A stretch of 64,000 bases of DNA from Occultella glacieicola. Lineage in GTDB: Bacteria; Actinomycetota; Actinomycetes; Actinomycetales; Beutenbergiaceae. The notes under the pieces are model-generated. The model searched no databases and had not been told where the DNA came from. It saw only the letters and a list, made by a program, of their open reading frames with translations. Location of the stretch: NCBI RefSeq assembly GCF_004353825.1, contig NZ_SMNA01000001.1:248001-312000 (forward strand), in the 5' to 3' direction. The translations under genes and the position numbers were made by a program. Within the stretch, counting starts at the first letter, position 1. Each line of letters opens with the position of its first letter. This document shows positions 1 through 9,564 of this stretch, piece after piece.

Positions 1-349
1 CGACCCGGCGCCCGAGGCGTTCCTCGTCGAGGGCGACCGCCCCGGGCTGATCGACTGGACCGGAGCCACCGACGGCCCGGTGCTCTACGACGTGGCGTCC
101 GCCGTCATGTACCTCGGCGGGCGGCGCCGGGCGGACCCCTTCCTACGGTCCTACCACCTCCCCGCCGATGCGGACCTGACCCACCTGGACGCCATGCGCC
201 GGTACCGGTTCGCGGTCCAGGCTGCCTACTTCGCGGAGCGCCTGACAGGCTCCGATCGGACCGGCCTCACGGACCCCGCCGGCAACCACAAAGGCTTGGA
301 CGATGCGCGGCGCGGCCTGGTCGTGCTCGGGGTGATCGACGAGCCGTGA
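1..349 (+). CDS. Aminoglycoside phosphotransferase (APH)-like kinase, 3' part (truncated by window edge)
   Basis: The frame from nt 2 reads DPAPEAFLVEGDRPGLIDWTGATDGPVLYDVA, matching the D..N/IDW/YD pattern of the APH/choline kinase fold. Stop at 347-349. Confidence 0.7.
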   Translation, partial: DPAPEAFLVEGDRPGLIDWTGATDGPVLYDVASAVMYLGGRRRADPFLRSYHLPADADLTHLDAMRRYRFAVQAAYFAERLTGSDRTGLTDPAGNHKGLDDARRGLVVLGVIDEP

Positions 350-502
350 CCCGGCGGCCAGGGGGAGCCGACCACGAAAGTGTGAGCGGATCATGGACGG
401 CAAATCGTGCGTTTGGGTGGCACAACCGAGGGAGGCCGTCCAACGGGCGGTCGAAATGGACGGTGCCCGCGTGGCTCACGTGCCTGCGCCCGGAAACAGC
501 CC

Positions 503-1500
503 AGTCTCGACCCACCAGCCGACCCAGGAACCGGTCGCGACGTCGACCGAGAAGCTCTGGAGCCGCGAGTTCGTACTCGCGTGGATCGTGAACTTCTTCC
601 TGGCCTCGACCGCTGCCATGAAACTGGCCCAGTCCGTGATCCCGCGCGCACGGCAGGGTGAGGGGACCGGCTACTTCACGCTGAGCATGACACTGGCGAC
701 GGCGGTCGGCCCGCTGCTCGGCCTGCTACTGGTGCACCACGTCGGCTACGGTGCACTGTCCGCCGGGCTCGACCGTTGCATCGGTGCTGGCGCTCGTCAT
801 CGCCCTGTTCCTGCGCACGAGGAGCGTTGCGCCCGAGCGGGAGGCCCGGGCGCGGCTGCTGCGGTTCCGGCCCGCGGACATGCTGCACCCGGCCGTGCTG
901 CCGGTCGCGAGCTTCATGCTCGTCCTCGCGATCTGCTACTCCGGCGTACTCACCTACCTGCAGCCGTACGCCGCCAAGGCCGGGCCGGCCGGCGGTGCGA
1001 GCGTCTTCTTCCTCGTCTACGCGGTGTCGATGCTGCTCACCCCGACGATCATGGGACGGCTGCAGGATCGGCGCGGCGACAATGTCGTGATCGTCATAGC
1101 GGTGCTTGCGTTCGCCGTCGGGCTGGCGCTGCTGGGGCCGGCCGGCAGCGACGCACTCCTCATCGTCGCCGGAGTGGCGATGGGCCTGGGCTTCGGGTCG
1201 CTGCTAGGTGCGCTGCAGGCAGTCGCGGTCTCGAAGGTGCCGATGCGGCGGGTGGGTGTCGCGATCTCGACGCACTACTTCATGGTCGACCTGGGCATCG
1301 GGCTCGGGCCGGTGCTGCTCGGCCTCGGTCTGGGTGTGTTCGGGTTCGACACGATGTATCTCGCGCCGGCCGGCGTCGCCCTGGTCTCCCTCGGACTGTA
1401 CGAGCTCGTCCACGGGCGGCACGAGCGGGCCTGCCGTCGGGCGGGGTCCGAGGACAGCGAGGGTGTGGCAGCCGTGGAGGAACAGTTCGTCATGCGTTGA
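503..1500 (+). pseudogene. MFS transporter pseudogene (internal deletion plus +1 frameshift)
   Basis: The TM1-like LWSREFVLAWIVNFFL is joined directly to the TM4/5-like ASTAAMKLAQSVIPRARQGEGTGYF. The reading frame changes at the GGG at 765-767 into ORF 751-1500, which holds the C-terminal MFS half (GRLQDRRG motif). The start position is approximate. Confidence 0.75.
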
Positions 1501-1558
1501 CCGCGCCGATGACGGCCGGTTCTTGAAGGCGAGGCGCGAGAGGCCCTAGGTTCACGAG

Positions 1559-2122
1559 ATGGGGCACTTCGAGTGGGGGCCGCCGGGCGATGACGACGCG
1601 CCGACTGCCGTCATGCTTCCTGGTGGCCTCTACTCCGTCCAGGGTCCGCTGCTCTACTGGTGCGCCGAGGTGCTGCTCCAACGAGGGTGGCGAGTGATCG
1701 GGGTCGTCTGGCCGCCGGAGGTCTCCTCGGCAGCGGACCCTCGTCACCACGTCGAGGCGGAACTCGACGCGGTCATTGCCGCAGTCGGCGGAACCCCGGA
1801 CCTCGTCGTCGCCAAATCGCTGGGAAGCCACGCGCTCCCGTGGTCGATCCGGGAAGGCGTCCCTGGAGTCTGGCTGACCCCGGTACTCACCGACCCCACC
1901 GTGATCGATGCCCTGGCCCGCGCCGGGCCGAGCCACCTCGCGATAGGAGGCACCGTCGATCCGATGTGGGCCCCCGCCGCCACCCTGACGACACGCGCCG
2001 TCCTCAAGACCATCGGCGACGCCGACCACAGCATCCTCGTCCCGTCCGACTGGGAGGAGTCCATGCGGGCCCAGCAGGAACTCATGGCCGTCATCGCGGA
2101 ACACGTCGACGGCACACGCTGA
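1559..2122 (+). CDS. Small alpha/beta hydrolase
   Basis: AKSLGS nucleophile-elbow motif, with GGTVDP and DADHS downstream. A -10 hexamer TAGGTT lies 6 nt before the ATG (leaderless). Confidence 0.75.
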   Translation: MGHFEWGPPGDDDAPTAVMLPGGLYSVQGPLLYWCAEVLLQRGWRVIGVVWPPEVSSAADPRHHVEAELDAVIAAVGGTPDLVVAKSLGSHALPWSIREGVPGVWLTPVLTDPTVIDALARAGPSHLAIGGTVDPMWAPAATLTTRAVLKTIGDADHSILVPSDWEESMRAQQELMAVIAEHVDGTR

Positions 2123-2214
2123 CGCGCCCCTGAAGAACCGGGCGGTTCAGGAACCTTGCCGGCCACGAACCCGAACGCCCGCAGTCCGTGGGTCTCTTCG
2201 AAGATCGACCGCCG

Positions 2215-2805
2215 TCAGGGGCTCGGCCGGCCCGCCCCCGGTGCGAACGCGTCCCCGAAGATCGTCAGGATGCGCCGGGCCACGGCGTCGCGCTGGTCCG
2301 GATCGGTGCGGGAGATCTCGCTGGCGAGCATGCCGGTCGCGAGCGTGATGTGCCCCGGGTCCACGTGGTCGCCGACGCGTCCCGCTGCCTGCTCGCGCTC
2401 GACCAGCCGTTGGACGACCTCGAAGAAGCGGGCGCCCAGGGCCTCGACGCGAGCGTCGTGGCGATGCCGGTCGATCAGCTCCAGGAACCCCACCGAGCTC
2501 GTCGCCTGCGCGATCACCCGGTCGAACAGGTCGTCGAGGGTGACGTCCGCAGGCTGGGCGAACGCCTCGAGCTCGGCGAGGTTCTCCTCGTAGACCGCCA
2601 CGGCCAGGGCCGTGCGGTCGGGGAAGTGCCGGTACAGACTGCCCTGTCCCACGCCCGCGCGCTTGGCGACGGCACTGAACGGGGCGTCCATGCCGGCGTC
2701 CGCGTAGATCTGCCGGGCCGCGGCGATCAGCGCCCGGCGGTTGTCAGGTCCCGCCGCCGGCCCGCGGTTGGCCCGGGGCGAGGCGGCCGACTGCTGCGTG
2801 GCCAC
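2215..2805 (-). CDS. TetR/AcrR family regulator
   Basis: N-terminal HTH AVAKRAGVGQGSLYRHF. TACACT lies 6 nt upstream of the GTG. Confidence 0.9.
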   Translation of the reverse strand: MATQQSAASPRANRGPAAGPDNRRALIAAARQIYADAGMDAPFSAVAKRAGVGQGSLYRHFPDRTALAVAVYEENLAELEAFAQPADVTLDDLFDRVIAQATSSVGFLELIDRHRHDARVEALGARFFEVVQRLVEREQAAGRVGDHVDPGHITLATGMLASEISRTDPDQRDAVARRILTIFGDAFAPGAGRPSP

Positions 2806-2866
2806 AGGCGCAGTGTAGGACCGCCCCCACCGCGGGGTGTCGGGTATCGGTCCAGTGGCTCTCAGG

Positions 2867-2932
2867 CCGCCGAACGCGCGGTTGCCCCCGGCGCCGGTCG
2901 CGTGGACCCGGGGGAACGGCGCGTTCGGGCGG
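2867..2932 (-). terminator. Long hairpin downstream of the sugar ABC operon (probable terminator)
   Basis: CCGAACGCGC 2870-2879 pairs with GCGCGTTCGG 2919-2928. An inner stem pairs CCCCCGG 2885-2891 with CCGGGGG 2908-2914. Confidence 0.55.
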
Positions 2933-2955
2933 AGGCGGGGGCCGGGGGTCGGGGG

Positions 2956-3666
2956 TCAGACGGCGACGGTGGCTCCGCGGGGGAGCACCGGGGACAGCGT
3001 GTACCGCGAGTTCGCCCAGGCCGCGTACAACAGCGGGGTCGAGGCCAGGCCGAGCGCGACCGCGGGGTGCAGGGCGAACAGGGTGGCGAGCAGGCCGAGC
3101 ACGACCAGCGAGACGAGGGTGAGGTACCAGCGGCGCACGCCCAGGTACAGGCTCGCCTTCAGCACGTCCCGCAGCCGGGCGTCCGGCCGCTCGACGCTCG
3201 CCACCAGCGTGAGCAGCGCCGTGAGGGTGGCGAGCACGCACAACACCACCAGCAGCGGGGTCGCCACCGCGCCCAGGCGAGTGCCGGAGATGGCGACGAC
3301 GTCCACCCCGAGCACCACCGCCGTCGTGCACAGCAGCGTCCCGACGGCGAGCGAGCGCCGCAGGTGCCGCACCCACGCCCGACAGAACGTTCGCACCACC
3401 TCGACGCCCCGGGTCAGGGTGTACTGGCGGAAGACGGCGAACGCGGCCGTGACCGCGGGCGTCGCCGCGACCGCCGCGACCGCGAGCACCGGCCAGGAGG
3501 AGACCGGGTCGGTCGTGACCAGCAGGACCACCAGGGGCAGCGAGCCGAGGACGAGCGCCACGTTCGTCATGACGACCAGGTAGGCGACGCCGAAGACGGT
3601 CTCCCAGGTGTCCGCGGACAAGCGTGGGAGGCGGGTCCGGTGCTGTGGGCCGGGTGTCTGCGGCAT
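2956..3666 (-). CDS. DUF624/YesL-like membrane protein of sugar ABC cluster
   Basis: Multi-TM protein (TPAVTAAFAVFR..., RTFCRAWVRH). ATG at 3666, 5 nt after the permease stop. Confidence 0.75.
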   Translation of the reverse strand: MPQTPGPQHRTRLPRLSADTWETVFGVAYLVVMTNVALVLGSLPLVVLLVTTDPVSSWPVLAVAAVAATPAVTAAFAVFRQYTLTRGVEVVRTFCRAWVRHLRRSLAVGTLLCTTAVVLGVDVVAISGTRLGAVATPLLVVLCVLATLTALLTLVASVERPDARLRDVLKASLYLGVRRWYLTLVSLVVLGLLATLFALHPAVALGLASTPLLYAAWANSRYTLSPVLPRGATVAV

Positions 3667-3671
3667 GGTCC

Positions 3672-4559
3672 TCAGCCCTTCAGTCCGGCGGTGGCGATGC
3701 CCTGCACGAAGTAGCGCTGGCCGAGCATGAAGATGATCGCGATCGGCAGCACGGAGAGCACCGACCCGGTCATGATCAGCGCGTACTCGGCGTTGTACTG
3801 GGACACGAACGTCTTGAGCCCGATCTGGATCGTCCACAGGTCCCGGTCACGCAGGTAGATCAGTGGGCCGAGGTAGTCGTTCCAGGTGTTCACGAACGTC
3901 AGCAGGGTGAGCGTGGCGACGGCCGGCCCCGACAACGGCAACACGATCCGGCGCCAGATCGAGTACTCGGACAGGCCGTCGATCCGGGCCGCCTCGGAGA
4001 GCTCCTCGGGGATCGAGTCGTAGTACTGCTTCATCAGGAACACCCCGAACGCACCGAACGCCTGCAGCGCGATGATCGCCCAGAGCGTGTTCGAGAGCCC
4101 GAACCGCGACATCAGGATGAACTGCGGGATCATGTACGCCTGCCACGGCACCGCGATCGTGCCGATGTAGGCCAGGAACAGCACGTCGCGGCCGCGGAAG
4201 CGCATCTTCGAGAAGCCGTAGGCGGCGAAGCTGCCGGTGAACACCTGCAGGAACGTCACGGTCACGGACAGGATCAGGGTGTTCTTCAGCCACGTGGTCA
4301 TGTCCGACTTGGACCAGATGTCCACGTAGTTGCTCCAGACCACCGGGTCCGGGAACCACTGGATCGGGACGGTGAACACCTGGTTGTTCGACTTCAGCGA
4401 GGACGTGACCATCCAGAAGAACGGCAGCATGATCACGGCCGCGGCCGCGATCAGCACCGCGTACAGGACGACCTTGCCGACCAGGCTGCGGCGGTTGCGG
4501 GCGTCCCGCTCGGGCCGGGGGGTGGTCGCCTGCGGGCGGTCCAGGGTGAGCGTGGCCAT
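3672..4559 (-). CDS. Carbohydrate ABC transporter permease (MalG-like)
   Basis: EAA motif IPEELSEAARIDG. ATG at 4559 overlaps the upstream stop. Confidence 0.95.
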   Translation of the reverse strand: MATLTLDRPQATTPRPERDARNRRSLVGKVVLYAVLIAAAAVIMLPFFWMVTSSLKSNNQVFTVPIQWFPDPVVWSNYVDIWSKSDMTTWLKNTLILSVTVTFLQVFTGSFAAYGFSKMRFRGRDVLFLAYIGTIAVPWQAYMIPQFILMSRFGLSNTLWAIIALQAFGAFGVFLMKQYYDSIPEELSEAARIDGLSEYSIWRRIVLPLSGPAVATLTLLTFVNTWNDYLGPLIYLRDRDLWTIQIGLKTFVSQYNAEYALIMTGSVLSVLPIAIIFMLGQRYFVQGIATAGLKG

Positions 4560-5488
4560 CAGGCGTTCCTCCGCTTGTTGACGAGGAACTGCACCACGGT
4601 GACGGTGATGCAGATCGCGAACAGGACGATCGCCACGGCGGAGGCGTAGCCGAACTGCTGCTCCTCGAAGCCCTTGCGGTAGATGTACTGGGACAGCACG
4701 AGCGTGGAGGTGCCGGGACCGCCGTCGGTCATCACCAGGATCAGGTCGAAGATCTTGAAACTGGCGATCGTCAGCATGACGGTGACGAAGAACGTGGTCG
4801 GCCGCAGGCTCGGGATCGTCACGTTCCAGAACCGTTGGAGCTTGTTCGCCCCGTCCACCCGCGCGGCCTCGTAGAGCTCGCCCGGGATCGCCTGCAGACC
4901 GGCGAGGAACAGCAGCATGTAGTAGCCCATGTCCCGCCAGGTGCTCACCAGTGCCACGGCGGGCATGGCCCAGGTGGTCGAGGTGGTCCAGCCGGGCGGG
5001 TTGTCGATACCGAGTGCCATCAGGATCTGGTTGACCGGGCCGGACTCGGGGGAGAACAGCATGTTCCAGACCACGGCGATCGCGACGATCGAGGTGATGT
5101 AGGGGAAGAACGCGACCGTGCGGAAGAACGCGACGCCGCGGAGCTTGGTGTTCAGCAGCATGGCCAGGCCGAGGGACACCGCGAGCGTCAGCGGGATGTG
5201 CATGAGCGCGTAGTAGCCGGTGTTCCGCAGGGCGGTGTGGAACGTGCGGTCGCCGAGCAGCTTCTCGAAGTTCTCCAGGCCCACCCATTCGGCGGCGCCG
5301 AACACGTTCCAGGACGTGAACGCCAGGTAGAACAGGATCAACACCGGCACCAGGGTCAGCACGGCGAAGCCGATGAAGTTCGGCAGGATGAACGTCCAGC
5401 CGATGAGCGAGTTCCGGAGCTTCAGCCGGCTGCCGGGTGGGCGCTGGCGTGGCGCCCGGGTGGGGGCCGGCACGGCGGTGGTCGCCAT
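4559..5488 (-). CDS. Carbohydrate ABC transporter permease (MalF-like)
   Basis: LAGLQAIPGELYEAARVDGA motif and six TM segments. Confidence 0.95.
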   Translation of the reverse strand: MATTAVPAPTRAPRQRPPGSRLKLRNSLIGWTFILPNFIGFAVLTLVPVLILFYLAFTSWNVFGAAEWVGLENFEKLLGDRTFHTALRNTGYYALMHIPLTLAVSLGLAMLLNTKLRGVAFFRTVAFFPYITSIVAIAVVWNMLFSPESGPVNQILMALGIDNPPGWTTSTTWAMPAVALVSTWRDMGYYMLLFLAGLQAIPGELYEAARVDGANKLQRFWNVTIPSLRPTTFFVTVMLTIASFKIFDLILVMTDGGPGTSTLVLSQYIYRKGFEEQQFGYASAVAIVLFAICITVTVVQFLVNKRRNA

Positions 5489-5562
5489 GGGTTCTCCTCG
5501 TCGAAGTGAGCCCCGGTGCCGGCCGTGGCGGCCGGCACCGGGACGCAGGGTGCGGGTTCGGG

Positions 5563-6867
5563 TCAGCCGACCTCGGCGGCGGCGCGGTCCATCGCCTCGG
5601 CGATCCCGTCCGCCGGGGAGACGCTCCCGGACATGATCGCGGTGTGGGCGTCGCCGAGGATGTTCTGCAGCGCGACCGTGTTGACGTCGACCGGGTTCTC
5701 CGGGCGGACGTCGTGCGTGGAGAACGCGAACTGGGAGAGTTCGTCGGTGGGCACGCCCTCGATGCCGAAGAACGTCTCGGTCACGGCCTCGTTCGTGATG
5801 GCCGGCGTGATGCCGATCTCGGCCAGGGCCGAGGCGGCGTCCTCGCTGCCGACGAACGTCAGGAACTCCATGGCGGCCGCGGCCACGTCGTCATCGACGG
5901 CGGGGTTGATGCCGATCCCGGTCGGGTCCGCGAACGTGACCGGCTCGTCGGTCGTGGAGTCGTCGAACTGCGGTGCCGGGGCGAAGCCCCAGTTGAACGT
6001 CTCCGCCTCGCCCGAGGCCTGCTGTGCGAGCAGGGTCGCGACGTACCAGGAGCCCATCGGCATCATCGCGGCCTGCTGGGTGCCGAACTGCGACTGGTAG
6101 GTGAGCGAGTTCGTGGTCAGGGTCCCGAAGTCGACCTGCGCACCGGCGTCCTGCAGCGCGACCGCACGCTCGTAGTAGGGAACCAGGTACTCCCAGTCGC
6201 CGGAGAGCAGGTCGGCGCCGTCGGACTGGGCGTTCGCGAAGCCCTGCACCACGGACTGCCAGCCGTGCTGGTAGGTACCCTTGGCATCGCTGCCCGCCGT
6301 GGTCAGGCCGGCGGTCAAGTCCTCGGCGGCGGTGGCGTAGTCGTCCCAGGTCCAGGATCCGTCCGGGTAGGCGATGCCGGCCGCGTCGAACAGGTCCTTG
6401 TTGTAGTAGAGGTACCACGCGTCCTGGCGGTACGGGATCGCGTAGGTCACGCCGTCGACCGTGTAGGCGTCCACGCCGTCGACGTCGTCGCCGAGCTCCG
6501 CGGCGACGCTGGAGACGTCCAGGAGCTGGCCGCCGTCCTGGTACGTGACGAAGTTCTTGAGGTTCTTCTGCACGTACATGTCGGGTGCCGTGCCGGCGGC
6601 GAGGTCCGCGATCATCTGGGTGTCGTACTCGGTGGCGTCGTACTCCACCAGCTCGACGGTGACGTTCGGGCTCTGCTCGTGGAAGGCGTCCGCGAGGATC
6701 TGGAACTCCGGGGTGGTGCTCAGGCTCCACCCGGCGAGGGTGATCGTGACCTCGCCGGTGACCTCGCCGTCACCGCCGGGATCGGTGTCCGTGCCGCTGC
6801 TGCAGCCGGCCAGGACGAGCGTCGCGGCGGCCACGGCCGCCGCGCTCATCATAATGGTGCGCTTCAT
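5563..6867 (-). CDS. Carbohydrate ABC transporter substrate-binding lipoprotein
   Basis: Signal peptide with lipobox LAGC, and SBP_bac_1 motif YAIPY...LYYNKDLFDAAGI. Confidence 0.93.
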   Translation of the reverse strand: MKRTIMMSAAAVAAATLVLAGCSSGTDTDPGGDGEVTGEVTITLAGWSLSTTPEFQILADAFHEQSPNVTVELVEYDATEYDTQMIADLAAGTAPDMYVQKNLKNFVTYQDGGQLLDVSSVAAELGDDVDGVDAYTVDGVTYAIPYRQDAWYLYYNKDLFDAAGIAYPDGSWTWDDYATAAEDLTAGLTTAGSDAKGTYQHGWQSVVQGFANAQSDGADLLSGDWEYLVPYYERAVALQDAGAQVDFGTLTTNSLTYQSQFGTQQAAMMPMGSWYVATLLAQQASGEAETFNWGFAPAPQFDDSTTDEPVTFADPTGIGINPAVDDDVAAAAMEFLTFVGSEDAASALAEIGITPAITNEAVTETFFGIEGVPTDELSQFAFSTHDVRPENPVDVNTVALQNILGDAHTAIMSGSVSPADGIAEAMDRAAAEVG

Positions 6868-6949
6868 TGCGTTCTCCCTCTCGAGGGTCGTGCCCAAAGG
6901 GCGGGTTTTCGGGTAATCGGGTCGGCCGCGGGGGGGCGACGGCGGAGGT

Positions 6950-7960
6950 TCAGGCGCTCAGTTCGCTCGCCTCCGGGTTCACGGCGCCCGGCAGCGGGCC
7001 GCCCGCGCGGTACGCGGCCAGTCCGTCGAGGGCGAAGTGGGACAGACGGCGCGTCTCGTTCCCGAGCGAGCCGGCCAGGTGGGGGGTGACCGTCACGTTG
7101 GACAGCGCCAGCAGGGGATGCCCGGCGGGCAGCGGCTCCGGGTCGGTGACGTCGAGGATCGCGTCCAGACGGCCGCTCCCGCACTCGGCCAGCAGCGCCT
7201 CGTGGTCGACGATCGCGCCGCGCGCGGTGTTGATCAGCGTCGCCCCGTCCCGCAGGTGCGCGAGCTCGGCGCGGCCGATCATGTGGTGGGTGCTGGGCAG
7301 CAGAGGCGCGTGCAGCGAGAGGATCTCGGCGCGGGCTAGCACCTCGGGCAGTGGGAGCAACTCACCGCCGGCGGCCCGCACCCGCTCGGGATCGGCGAAC
7401 GGGTCGGCCACGAGGATCGGGCCGGTCTCGAGGACCCGGAGCAGATCGAGCACCCGGCGACCGATCGTGGAGAACCCGACGATCCCGATGGTGCGCCCCA
7501 GGTTGGACAGGTTCCGGGTCGCGAACGAGTTCTGCCACCCGGCCGGCTGCGTCCGGCCGACGTGGGCGAGCGGCAGCGCGCGCTTGCCGGCGAGGATGAT
7601 CGCGGCGAGCGTGTACTCGGCGACCGGCACGGCGTTCATCTCCGCGGCCGAGGCGACCAGCACACCGCGGTCGTGGATGTCCGGCGGCACGAGGTGGCGC
7701 ACGCTCCCCGCGGCGTGCAGGAGCGCGCGCAGTCGCGGCGCCGCGTCCAGGTGGGCGGTGGTGATCGGGGGGCAGCCCCACGACGTGATGAGCACCTCGG
7801 TCTCGCCCAGCCGGTCGGGGTCGACGGCGTCCAGGCCGGTCACGACGACCGGGTCGCCGAGCGTGGCGAGTCCGGCGAGGCGGGCGAGCTCGTCGGGGCC
7901 GAACTGCAGCCCGAAGGTCGCCATGTCCATCGCCAGCAGCACGCGCGGCGTCGTCGTCAC
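6950..7960 (-). CDS. D-2-hydroxyacid dehydrogenase family protein
   Basis: Motifs GIVGFSTIG, LSLHAP, INTARG, LDVTDPEP and TPHLAG. GTG at 7960 follows an AAGGGAG RBS. Confidence 0.9.
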   Translation of the reverse strand: MTTTPRVLLAMDMATFGLQFGPDELARLAGLATLGDPVVVTGLDAVDPDRLGETEVLITSWGCPPITTAHLDAAPRLRALLHAAGSVRHLVPPDIHDRGVLVASAAEMNAVPVAEYTLAAIILAGKRALPLAHVGRTQPAGWQNSFATRNLSNLGRTIGIVGFSTIGRRVLDLLRVLETGPILVADPFADPERVRAAGGELLPLPEVLARAEILSLHAPLLPSTHHMIGRAELAHLRDGATLINTARGAIVDHEALLAECGSGRLDAILDVTDPEPLPAGHPLLALSNVTVTPHLAGSLGNETRRLSHFALDGLAAYRAGGPLPGAVNPEASELSA

Positions 7961-7993
7961 GGAGGCAACTCCCTTGTCGGAATGCTCGAGCAC

Positions 7994-8135
7994 TGATCGA
8001 TTCGTGATCGAAAGTGCGTTACGATCGAAAACAGTAAGTTCGGTTGGTGCGAATGTCAACACGCGGACGTCGTGGCAGGTCAGCCTCGCCAACACGGACG
8101 CGGCAGGGACGCGTGCGTGATCGAAATGTGATCTA
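7994..8135. promoter_or_regulatory. TGATCGAAA direct repeats, probable DeoR-type operators
   Basis: Copies at 7994, 8005, 8022, 8118 and 8129. Two pairs are 11 bp apart, and they lie between the divergent regulator and operon. Confidence 0.55.
8031..8059 (-). promoter_or_regulatory. Sigma-A type promoter for the dehydrogenase/sugar ABC operon
   Basis: Minus strand reads TTGACA (8059-8054), 17 nt, TACTGT (8036-8031). Confidence 0.7.
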
Positions 8136-8166
8136 CTCTGCTGACGCATCGAAGGGGATTCCACAC

Positions 8167-9291
8167 ATGGACGCAGTCGGGCAGCACGGCGGGCCGGTCC
8201 CCGGTTCACGCCGCGCCGAGGTCCTTGCGGCGGTGGCCGAACGCGGGATGATCCGCGTGACCGACCTCGCCCGCGAGCTCGGCGTCACCCCGGTCACCGT
8301 GCGCCGGGACGTCGCCGAGCTCGCCGAGGCCGGACTGGTCCGCCGCGTCCACGGCGGGGCAACGGCGATCGACGGCGGCTCGGCGGCCTCGTCGCGGCGC
8401 GCGTCCGCCTCGGCTCGACAGGCGTCGGCGGTCGGCGGCACGGTCGGCATGCTCGTGCCCTCGCTCGACTACTACTGGCCGGACGTCGCCCGCGGGGTCG
8501 AGGAGGAGGCCCGGGCGCTCGGTATGCGGATGACGTTGCGCGGCTCGGTCTACGAGGCCACGGACGAGCGCGCCGACGTGCAGCGGCTCATCGAGGCGGG
8601 CGCCTCCGGGCTGCTCCTCGCGCCGACGCTCACCGGGATGGGCGGGGAACTGATGCGGGCGTGGCTCGCCGAGACCGACGTGCCGGTCGTGCTCATGGAG
8701 CGCAACGCCGTCGTCGGCGACGAACGGCGAGCCGTGGAGTCCGTGATCACCGACCACCACGGCGGCATCGCGATGGCGGTGCACCACTTCACCAGCCTCG
8801 GTCACCGCCGGATCGGCGTGGCCCTCAGTCGGCACTCCCCGCACGCCGGTCAGCTCCACGCCGGCTGGCACGCCGCCTGCACCGAGCTCGGGCTCGGCAC
8901 CGCCGACGTGGTGGACGTGTCCATGCCGGACCGGCCCGATCCCGGCTTCGCCGCCGGCATCGAGGCCGTCGTGGACGCCGTGCTGGAGACCGGGACCACG
9001 GCGCTGATCGTGCACTCCGACCCCGAGGCGCTTCGGGTGGTACAGCGGGCCGCGGAGCGGGGCCTGCGCGTGCCCGGCGACCTCTCGGTGCTCGCCTATG
9101 ACGACCAGGTGGCGCCGCTGGCGACGCCGGCACTGTCGGCCGTACGCCCGCCGCGGCGGACGATCGGGCGCACCGCGATCGCGCTGCTGACGGCCCGGCT
9201 GGCCGACCCGGGCCGGCCGGTGCACCGGGTACAGGTCAGTCCGACCCTCAAGGTGCGCTCCTCCAGCGGCCCACCCCGCTCGGCGGCGTAG
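8167..9291 (+). CDS. DeoR-HTH / LacI-type sugar-binding transcriptional regulator
   Basis: DeoR HTH (LARELGVTPVTVRRDV...RVHGGA) fused to a periplasmic-binding-like domain (VPGDLSVLAYDD). Confidence 0.92.
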   Translation: MDAVGQHGGPVPGSRRAEVLAAVAERGMIRVTDLARELGVTPVTVRRDVAELAEAGLVRRVHGGATAIDGGSAASSRRASASARQASAVGGTVGMLVPSLDYYWPDVARGVEEEARALGMRMTLRGSVYEATDERADVQRLIEAGASGLLLAPTLTGMGGELMRAWLAETDVPVVLMERNAVVGDERRAVESVITDHHGGIAMAVHHFTSLGHRRIGVALSRHSPHAGQLHAGWHAACTELGLGTADVVDVSMPDRPDPGFAAGIEAVVDAVLETGTTALIVHSDPEALRVVQRAAERGLRVPGDLSVLAYDDQVAPLATPALSAVRPPRRTIGRTAIALLTARLADPGRPVHRVQVSPTLKVRSSSGPPRSAA

Positions 9292-9564
9292 CGGAGCCCG
9301 ACTGCCCCTGCCGGCCGAACCCGCGGGAACCCGCCCCTCCGGCCAGAACCGCCGTCGCCGAGGTCCATCCTCAAACGTTTCAACCGCGAGTTGAAGCATT
9401 TGAGAGTGGACGTCGGGCTCACGGAAGGGTGCGCACCGAGGCCCTGGACGACCTGTTCGCGAACCTGGGGTGAACAGCGATTGAACCCGGGATGACCGCT
9501 TGACCCCGGGGTCGCCGCAGGTGAGGCTCGGCCCGAGCGGCACCCGTCCGCTCGGTCTGGAGCG

